A DNA stretch of 64,000 nt, taken from IMG/VR virus record IMGVR_UViG_3300028392_000060, positions 9,471 to 73,470 of that record; one strand, 5' to 3'. This document shows, piece after piece, positions 56,195 to 64,000 of this stretch; position 1 is the stretch's first letter, and each line of letters begins with the position of its first letter. The position numbers and the translations under genes are program-made. The notes under the pieces were generated by a model. The model was not told the origin of the DNA, did no database searches, and saw only the letters and a list, made by a program, of their open reading frames with translations. The stretch is from a virus.

Positions 56195-59100
56195 TGCTAA
56201 ATAATGTCAGTTCTGATATTTTTTCTAATTCTAGTGCTATTGAAATTCAACCAATAGTTTCTGCTGAATGGAATCATAATTTATTCAATGCACCGTACGT
56301 TACTGTTGCTGGAACAGGCACTCTTATTACCCCCACTTTATCTTCTGGAACAATAACAACAGGAGGTACAGACAGTACACTCCCTGGATTTAGCATAAAT
56401 AATTTTATTTTAACGGCGGGATCAACAAGCGCTTATGGAAATGTAGTATATACAGCAAGTTCTTTAAGTTCTCCAGCATATAAAATAGTAACTTATTTTA
56501 AAACAAACAATAATTTGCCAGTTTCTGTAAATGCATATGCAAAAGGTGGATCTTCTACTCAAGCGGGATCTGCATATACAGAAGTAAATTCATATGGGTG
56601 GACTAAACTTGAAGCTTATGTAGGTGGATATAGTTCTTCGGATACAATATCTTCTTTAACTTATACCATATCTGTAAATTCATTAAATTCTGATAATAAT
56701 GCCACAACTATATACTTTACACCCCCTCAAATTTTTGAAACAACATTTTATAATTATCAAAATAATTCTTTATGGCCAACTGATAGCGCATTTACTTATT
56801 TTAGACCAGGAGAAACTTATGTGACAACTGGTAATATAAATGTTGCAACTCCTTCTAATTTTAGAAAAATAAATAGATCTTCAAGTATTTTAAATGGTTT
56901 TAGCGGATCAGCTTATGCACCTATAAGTTCAATATCTCAATCGCCAAGTTTTACAATGGCAAAACATTCTTTGCCATTGTATAAAAATTCTTTACCAAAC
57001 GAAATGGCAATTTATAAATATTTTGTTTCAGATACATCTACATTAACTAATCCAAAAATTGCAGCGTTATATGCTCAAAATATTAATGTAAATAAAATTG
57101 TTATTAAGTTTAATACTTTAATGAGTGTGCCAACATTTAATTTATATATTGATGGCTCAATTATAACTGTAGATGGAAGTACAACACTTACTACCCCGAC
57201 AAATTCTGATAGCATTGCAACAGGGGTTTTAGTCTTATATTGGACAGGATCGGCATGGACTAAAACAAAATGGTCAACAATGCCAGCATTTGATTCATCA
57301 GGTGTATTATCTAAATATACTTCATTTAAAAAAATATCTATAACTCAAACAAATGCTACAGCTACATCTCAATTTTCTTCATATAACAATTCAAACTTTA
57401 CCTCAGACCTTACTAGAATGCAACTGATAGAGCTGTCACCTAGACTTGAAATTGATGTTTCAGATTTTGTTAAAGATGTCACTATAAATAAATCGTTAGA
57501 TAGCAAAAATAACTTTGTTCCAATATCTTCAATAAATGCAAATGATGTTTCAATTAATCTTTCAGCAATTCCTATAGCATTAAATAATGGATTTATTCCA
57601 ATTTTTTCAAGTCAGAGTAATTTATCAACAAACGTGCTAGCAAATATGCTTAGAAAAAATATTAAATTTTATGTAAATTTTACATTAAAATCTTATTATG
57701 ATGCTACAACAAATAATTTTGTTCAATTAAATATACAAAGTGGCAAAACAGTTGGGACGCATATTCCTGGAGGAATATTTTACTCAGATTCATGGGATGA
57801 AACAGATATTAAAGATGTTAAAATTGTAGCGTATGATATTACAAGATATTTGCAGACTACAGCTGTTTCAGATTATGTTGCTAATTTAAAACCAGTATTT
57901 GATGTAATAACTAATATGCTGGATCTATCGGGCTTTACTGATTATGATGTAGATTCATTATATGATGTTTGCAATGATTACACTTCCCCGCTTGATCTTG
58001 CATATTTTTATACAAACGGGCGGGACACAACAATTGTTGATACCCTAGCAGGGATATTCCTAGCATATCAAATAGGTGCATATATTGATGAATATGGGGT
58101 AATGAAATTTAAAAGTTTATCTCAAATATTAAATAATAATACATCTAATTTAACTATATCCGATTCATCAATTTTAGTGGGTGGTTATTCTATTATAAAT
58201 AAAGCTAAACCTGGAAAACTTTCATTAAGATATCAAGTGCCTAAAATTAAACAAACATTATCTTTACAAAATGCTGCTACTCCAGATCAAAAAAATAGTC
58301 CATCTTTTATTATAACAACATCAACAGATATTATGTGGTCTCAAGAAACATCAGATGCAGTAGGATTTAATTATTTAAATTCAACTATGCAAGAAACAGA
58401 TAATTTTTATACTATTAATACAAACGATCTTCTTGATATATTTCATACTTTTAATTTAAGTAATAATGGATATGCGGTAATTGAGGATGAATTAGTTTCA
58501 TTTGTATATAAAGAGTATAAAATACAACAGTATTCAAATTCATCAAATTATGTTTATGTTTCTGTAAAAAATGACCTTGAGCTTAATTCAGAAGTTAATA
58601 GATTTGTTAAAAAATATTCAGCAGGATTAGTAAGTTCAAATTATGGCAATATAACTAATGCTTCTGGTGATGGTACAACTATGACTTTTACATGTAATAA
58701 CAATTTTAAAGCAGGTCTAAAGATTTATGTAACTGGTGTAACTCCAGCAGGATATAATGGGAATGGAAAAATTATTTCTGCAAATTCAACAACTTTTACA
58801 GTAAAAGGGGCAACTACTGGATCTTATGTTTCTGGCGGACAAGCAATTGTTGCTACAGATTACGATGTAGTAGTTATTCCGACAGGAAGAATTACAAACA
58901 CACAAAGAGGTCTTTTTGGCACAGTTCCTAAAACACATTCTATTGCTACAAGCGCTTCATCTAAAAATTTAATTGAAGCATCAATAAATGCAAGTAATGT
59001 AATGTCAACAGGAACAACAAGAACATCTATTGTAACAAACAGCTCGCCCTTACCCAACGTTACAAAACTTGCAATTACTGCACCAACTACCACCAAATGC

Positions 59101-60570
59101 CTAGTCTATCCATCATCTCAAGATATTGGATATCATACCTATTCAGTTAAATTTGACTTAACAAATCAACAAGTTGCTACGGCGGGCTTATTTTTTAATA
59201 ATAATGGATCAAATTCAAGTGGAACTTATTTTGTAGAATTATTACAATATAATACACCAACTGAATCAGCAGGTGCTACAATGAATAATCCAGCAATCTA
59301 TCAGTATATGATATCTATTTCACAAATTGTTAGCGGCACATTAACACAGTTAGCTTGGGCAGATGTAACAGGAACTGTAAAAAATATATTATTAAATAAT
59401 CCAAAAGTATTTTCTAAAAATGGAACAACATATACCACTATATCTGACGATGTATTTCATTTAAAAGCAATTCATTGGACATCTGATGGTACTGACGCAA
59501 CTAATTCAGAAGGTGAAGATGCTGGCCAATTAATTAAAGTCTTTTTAAATAACGCACTAGTAACTGGCTTTCAAGTACCAGGCAGTAGTTCAAACACATA
59601 TTTAACATCTAGCTGGAAAGCAACAGATAAAAACTTAGTAACAGGGTTAAGAAAAAATGTAGTTTTAAATAGTAGTTTTTTTAATACGTCTGGGAAATAC
59701 TTTGGATTTTGTACTTCAACTTCATTTTCTGGAATCAATGGAGGCAACCCAATTTATTCTTCTGTTTCATCTACCGTAATACCTGCAAATTTAAGAGAAA
59801 TTTATGCAAATGAAAAAATATTATCAGAACGCAGTGTAAATTATTGGTATCAAGATAGAGAATTTTTAAATGGAGTTATTCAAAAACAAAATATATTTGG
59901 TAAATATCGTGGCTACATGATGCAAACAACACCAGAAGTTGTAGGAATAAATGTTTATGATGTTCAATATACTAATCCAGCTGCAGTAACTGCAGATGCT
60001 TATTGGGGCGGGTACTTATTACAGTATTACCCTGGGTCAGAAGTATATGATCAAGCATATAAACAACAACAAGTAATTGATGAATATGGACTATCTTTTT
60101 CTACAGTATTAAATACAGGATTTAGAGCTAAATTTGCAGTTGCCAACAATAAAAGACAAATGGTATATCTTGCACATAAGCCTGATACAAATATACAATT
60201 AGATTCAAGATTTACTATTTGGACTCATGAAATTGTAAGTCAATCAGATCCACAAATTTTTGAAAAAATTACAGATAGATCAAATATATCTGAAGTAGCA
60301 CAAATTGATTCTGTGTGGATACAGTCTGAAGAAGCAGCAAATAAACTTTTAAAAGTAATTGAAAAAGGTTTTGACGGGTTTTCAAAAGATACTAAAATTC
60401 AACTATTTGGTAATCCATTAATTCAAGTAGGAGATGTTGTAACAATTAATTATTCATTATCTAAATTAAATCAACAAAAATATGCCGTACATTCAGTTTC
60501 ACAAGCATTTAATCAAGGTTTAAAAACAACTCTTGTCCTTAATCAAATTGATAAAGGGGTATCTTATTAA
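56194..60570 (+). CDS. large minor tail/baseplate hub protein
   Basis: YIDEYGVMKF and FGNPLIQVGDVVTI hub-type motifs. Confidence 0.75.
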   Translation: MLNNVSSDIFSNSSAIEIQPIVSAEWNHNLFNAPYVTVAGTGTLITPTLSSGTITTGGTDSTLPGFSINNFILTAGSTSAYGNVVYTASSLSSPAYKIVTYFKTNNNLPVSVNAYAKGGSSTQAGSAYTEVNSYGWTKLEAYVGGYSSSDTISSLTYTISVNSLNSDNNATTIYFTPPQIFETTFYNYQNNSLWPTDSAFTYFRPGETYVTTGNINVATPSNFRKINRSSSILNGFSGSAYAPISSISQSPSFTMAKHSLPLYKNSLPNEMAIYKYFVSDTSTLTNPKIAALYAQNINVNKIVIKFNTLMSVPTFNLYIDGSIITVDGSTTLTTPTNSDSIATGVLVLYWTGSAWTKTKWSTMPAFDSSGVLSKYTSFKKISITQTNATATSQFSSYNNSNFTSDLTRMQLIELSPRLEIDVSDFVKDVTINKSLDSKNNFVPISSINANDVSINLSAIPIALNNGFIPIFSSQSNLSTNVLANMLRKNIKFYVNFTLKSYYDATTNNFVQLNIQSGKTVGTHIPGGIFYSDSWDETDIKDVKIVAYDITRYLQTTAVSDYVANLKPVFDVITNMLDLSGFTDYDVDSLYDVCNDYTSPLDLAYFYTNGRDTTIVDTLAGIFLAYQIGAYIDEYGVMKFKSLSQILNNNTSNLTISDSSILVGGYSIINKAKPGKLSLRYQVPKIKQTLSLQNAATPDQKNSPSFIITTSTDIMWSQETSDAVGFNYLNSTMQETDNFYTINTNDLLDIFHTFNLSNNGYAVIEDELVSFVYKEYKIQQYSNSSNYVYVSVKNDLELNSEVNRFVKKYSAGLVSSNYGNITNASGDGTTMTFTCNNNFKAGLKIYVTGVTPAGYNGNGKIISANSTTFTVKGATTGSYVSGGQAIVATDYDVVVIPTGRITNTQRGLFGTVPKTHSIATSASSKNLIEASINASNVMSTGTTRTSIVTNSSPLPNVTKLAITAPTTTKCLVYPSSQDIGYHTYSVKFDLTNQQVATAGLFFNNNGSNSSGTYFVELLQYNTPTESAGATMNNPAIYQYMISISQIVSGTLTQLAWADVTGTVKNILLNNPKVFSKNGTTYTTISDDVFHLKAIHWTSDGTDATNSEGEDAGQLIKVFLNNALVTGFQVPGSSSNTYLTSSWKATDKNLVTGLRKNVVLNSSFFNTSGKYFGFCTSTSFSGINGGNPIYSSVSSTVIPANLREIYANEKILSERSVNYWYQDREFLNGVIQKQNIFGKYRGYMMQTTPEVVGINVYDVQYTNPAAVTADAYWGGYLLQYYPGSEVYDQAYKQQQVIDEYGLSFSTVLNTGFRAKFAVANNKRQMVYLAHKPDTNIQLDSRFTIWTHEIVSQSDPQIFEKITDRSNISEVAQIDSVWIQSEEAANKLLKVIEKGFDGFSKDTKIQLFGNPLIQVGDVVTINYSLSKLNQQKYAVHSVSQAFNQGLKTTLVLNQIDKGVSY

Positions 60571-60620
60571 AATGACCAAAAAGTGGTATAATCTATATAT
60601 AAATAAGAAAAGGTGGAATC

Positions 60621-61130
60621 GTGTCCTATATTAAAATTTCAGACCCTAATATTATTGACTTGGCTGCTTGGCATCAAGTTATTAATGTAATAAATCAGCA
60701 CAGCGATAGCTTAGCCGCAATAACTAATAATTTCGGGGTGTCTAGCTCAGTAACTTGGGATGCAGCTGGCTATGCACATCAATATGACCCAGCGTCTCAA
60801 GCAATTATATTTGGACGAGCTTCAAACAGAACTGCAGACTCGGGAGTAGCAGGTGTTTATTATGGATCAGTAACTTTTGCGGATTCAGCAACAGGCACAA
60901 ATTCATTTTCGGGGACTCCAATAGTAACAGCAACAATTTTTACTGGCAATGCAACAACAGTTGCAGCAACACTTGAAGATGTTGTAATAAATGTTTACAA
61001 TGTTTCATCTACAGGATTTAAGTATAGATTGTTTAAAACAGGAACTGGAACAACAGATACAACTCACACAATATCTTCAGGAAGCACAATTTATATTAAC
61101 TGGATGGCAATCGGTCCAAGATTAAGTTAG
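60621..61130 (+). CDS. minor tail protein (H-type lectin-like C terminus)
   Basis: F...PIVTAT...VSSTGF...INWMAIG. Confidence 0.65.
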   Translation: MSYIKISDPNIIDLAAWHQVINVINQHSDSLAAITNNFGVSSSVTWDAAGYAHQYDPASQAIIFGRASNRTADSGVAGVYYGSVTFADSATGTNSFSGTPIVTATIFTGNATTVAATLEDVVINVYNVSSTGFKYRLFKTGTGTTDTTHTISSGSTIYINWMAIGPRLS

Positions 61131-61140
61131 TGGGGGTAAG

Positions 61141-64000
61141 ATGAAATCTATACCAGGATCTAATAATGATGCGGCTAAAAAACCAACGCTCTATATACCC
61201 GATGGTGATCCTCGGGCAGCAAATAGTCTTGCCGCAGCAAATGCAGCATCAAAAAGTAATGCAGAAGTTAAAAATATTTCATCAAGATCATTTTCTTTAA
61301 CACAATTAAGTGGCGCAGCAGCTTCTGGAAGTCCAATTTCTACCGCTACATTACCTGCTACGCCAGGTAATTCACCATCAGTTAATATAGGTCCAATTAT
61401 TAAGGGTTTAGTTTTACCAGGTGGAATTACTAATTTTACAGCAGTTTGGGATGGCGATAATCTTGTATTTACTTTTAATTGTGATCCTACGGCATCACAA
61501 AATCAATATCTTTCTAATTTTTATTTTTTATTTACTCCAACAGGTAGTTCTACTCAGTATGCCTGGAGTCCACAAGCTACTCAAGTAAATAATTCGGGCA
61601 GTACACAAACAATTACTTTTACATTAACCGATAATACAAATACATTTAATACACAAGTTACAAGTTTTTCTGCAATTAGTGTTTCTGCACAAGATGGATT
61701 TGGCAATAGAGGCGATTATGTTTCTTTAACAACAATTCCGACATATAGTAGTGGATTGCCTATTCCAGTATATACAATTTCAGCTATTAATAATGGATAT
61801 TCTGTTGCGTGGACAGCAATTACAAATTCAAATTTTTATAGGATTCAAATACAGGAATATGTTTCAGATGCTACATCAGAACCAACAGGCGTTACTTATA
61901 CAGAAACTTATAATGGCACATTAAATCCCGCCGTAGTAATTGCTCCAACATTAAATAAAAGATGGGTTAAAGTAAGATTTTGGGCAACATCAAATGTTCC
62001 AGGTCCTTGGGGTGCAGCACAAGCAGTTACTCCAACAGCACCAATTTCAGTAAATACTACAGTGCCCACAGAAGTAACAGTAGGAACAGTATCTTGGTCG
62101 GGGACAAATATTGTTATTCCATACACACTACCTTCTACAAATGCAGGAGTTAGATTTTTAGTTAAATTAACAGCACCAAATTCACAAGTTGGATATTTTT
62201 ATTTTTTCCCAGATGGCACAACAAATTTAAGTCAATCACACACTATTAGTTCTGCTGATTTATATGCACAGTTTGGCGCATATTATTCTTCTTATTCTGG
62301 AGTTTTTGTTAGCTACTCATCTGTAGATGTAACTAGTAGCGGAGCCTCTTTTAATGTCCCCGCACGATCAAATCCCTTAGCAGCAATTACTCCAAATCCA
62401 ACAATAGTTGGAAACATTAATGGTTATAACGTAACATTTGATTTTTCTACAATCCCAGCAACTTATGCTGAAATTTATCAAAAGTATACAAGTTCTGCTT
62501 GGTCTTCTAACCCACCTGATGCTATTACTGCATCTTATTCTTCAGGCGGGGCTTCAGGAGCAACAACAATTGTAGTAAATACAGTAAAAGATAACGATGG
62601 GAATACATTAACTTCTATACAAGATGGATATTTAATTACTGGAACAGGAATTCCAACAAATACATATGTTTCTTCTGTTTCAGGAACTGCACCAACATTT
62701 ACCTTAACATTAAGTAAGGCTTTAACTACACAAGCAGCGGGAACTTATACTATGCAAGGTTTAGTGTGGGCTGGGGTAAGTCCAGCAAATATATTTAGTA
62801 ATTTATATATTCCTACATATGTAATTGTAAGATATTATGATAATTTTAATAATGCTTCTTTGCTTTCTTCTTCAACAACAGTTACTCCAATTGATCCATC
62901 TCTTTCTGTTATTAGCAATGCAGTACAAATAGGAAGCGGAGGAGCAATATATGTAGGAGCCAGTGCCACTAGTGGCGCAAGAGTAGTTTTAGGACCTTCT
63001 AAAAAAGCTCCAGATGGTTCGCAATATTCAGGCATATTTGCATTTGATTATGGATCAGCATCTGGAGATGCTGCAAGTACATCAATTATTACAAATCCTT
63101 CTGCGGGAGGATTTACATTTGAAACTATAAATGCAAAAATTGCAGACTGGACTATTTCAACAAATAAAATTGAAAGTACATTAGTAACAGGAATTACTAA
63201 ATATACTGGTTTATCAGCATCTAACACAAGTTATGCATTTTGGGCAGGCGCAACCGCTGCAGGAAATTCAGATGCATCAGCTCCTTTTAGCGTAACGCCG
63301 TTAGGAGCAGTAAATGCAAGTAATCTTACCATATCTGGAGGATCTATAAATGTAGGTAGTGGTACCTTTGTAGTTACTAGTGGAGGAGCATTAACCGCAA
63401 CAAGCGCAACCATAACTGGATCAATCTCAGCAACAGGAGGATCGTTTACTGGTAATGTATTAATAAATGGTGGGTCTTTATATTCTCCAAAAACATCAGG
63501 CATTCCATCTTCTTCTAATGCGGGAGTTATTTTTAATGGTCAAGGTGTTGCAGCCTATAATGGCACTGGCGGATATACAACTATGCTAACAACGGCAGAT
63601 GCAAATAGTTCTACATTTGCTACTACTGCAGCAACAATTGGGGGATGGGTAGTAAATGCAAATACAATACATTCTTCTGCAAATACCGCAATTATAGATT
63701 CTGGAGTAACAGGATCAGCATATGGGCAACCAACAATTTTTCTTAATAGTGGAACAAATTATGTAGGCATAACTACAGGTACATTAAGTAATACGGTTTT
63801 ATGGGCGGGGAGTAGTTTTTCAAGTAGAGATACAGCTAAATTTAGAGTAAATGGAGATGGAACACTATATGCTACTGGGGCAACCATTCAATCTAATAAT
63901 TCTTATTATGTAAAACTTGATGGTACAAATGATCAATTATTAATATATGGATTACCTGCAACTAATCCAGGTTCTTCACAAACATTTACGGCTTCAATTA
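61141..64000 (+). CDS. tail fibre/central tip protein (partial, runs off right edge)
   Basis: ATG at 61141 (MKSIPGSNND...); Ser/Thr-rich, FN3-like segments then IGGW / FWAG...APFSVT motifs; absent from the track, consistent with no stop in the window. Confidence 0.75.
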   Translation, partial: MKSIPGSNNDAAKKPTLYIPDGDPRAANSLAAANAASKSNAEVKNISSRSFSLTQLSGAAASGSPISTATLPATPGNSPSVNIGPIIKGLVLPGGITNFTAVWDGDNLVFTFNCDPTASQNQYLSNFYFLFTPTGSSTQYAWSPQATQVNNSGSTQTITFTLTDNTNTFNTQVTSFSAISVSAQDGFGNRGDYVSLTTIPTYSSGLPIPVYTISAINNGYSVAWTAITNSNFYRIQIQEYVSDATSEPTGVTYTETYNGTLNPAVVIAPTLNKRWVKVRFWATSNVPGPWGAAQAVTPTAPISVNTTVPTEVTVGTVSWSGTNIVIPYTLPSTNAGVRFLVKLTAPNSQVGYFYFFPDGTTNLSQSHTISSADLYAQFGAYYSSYSGVFVSYSSVDVTSSGASFNVPARSNPLAAITPNPTIVGNINGYNVTFDFSTIPATYAEIYQKYTSSAWSSNPPDAITASYSSGGASGATTIVVNTVKDNDGNTLTSIQDGYLITGTGIPTNTYVSSVSGTAPTFTLTLSKALTTQAAGTYTMQGLVWAGVSPANIFSNLYIPTYVIVRYYDNFNNASLLSSSTTVTPIDPSLSVISNAVQIGSGGAIYVGASATSGARVVLGPSKKAPDGSQYSGIFAFDYGSASGDAASTSIITNPSAGGFTFETINAKIADWTISTNKIESTLVTGITKYTGLSASNTSYAFWAGATAAGNSDASAPFSVTPLGAVNASNLTISGGSINVGSGTFVVTSGGALTATSATITGSISATGGSFTGNVLINGGSLYSPKTSGIPSSSNAGVIFNGQGVAAYNGTGGYTTMLTTADANSSTFATTAATIGGWVVNANTIHSSANTAIIDSGVTGSAYGQPTIFLNSGTNYVGITTGTLSNTVLWAGSSFSSRDTAKFRVNGDGTLYATGATIQSNNSYYVKLDGTNDQLLIYGLPATNPGSSQTFTASI

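Noticed and set aside
1-64000. Stop-codon reassignment or prophage context
   Set aside because: Long genes are intact in the standard code; no integrase, att site or host genes are seen

Overview
This window is a 64-kb segment of a large, AT-rich tailed dsDNA phage (siphovirus-type tail), with gene order resembling large actinobacteriophages; an actinobacterial host is inferred. It has three parts. (1) 1-11.6 kb is a leftward region of small hypothetical genes, a DUF932 gene and tRNA-Asp, organised in ~1.3-1.6 kb modules. Its intergenic DNA is packed with recognisable actinobacterial host regulator sites: ten PafBC/RecA-NDp-type promoters (TGTCRG-N10-TAnnnT), CRP-like boxes, WhiA-type GACAC motifs, a LexA box, tandem ArgR boxes, a PHO-box-like repeat and a parS site. 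It also holds a conserved GC-rich 27-bp element and a three-copy covarying RNA pseudoknot. (2) 11.7-19.7 kb holds accessory enzymes: methyltransferase, glycosyltransferases, YiiX-like peptidase, transglycosylase-like protein and a class II ribonucleotide reductase. (3) 19.8-64 kb is the rightward virion module: Ser/Thr-rich fibres, three 14-blade propeller paralogues, portal, CHAP endolysin, protease/scaffold, capsid, head-tail proteins, major tail protein, frameshifted tail chaperone, a 2551-aa tape measure with C-terminal enzyme-like cargo, and tail-tip proteins. The strongest candidate novel system is the host-regulator operator array with its DNA-damage (PafBC-type) early promoters. All calls are from reading the sequence by eye; no searches were run.
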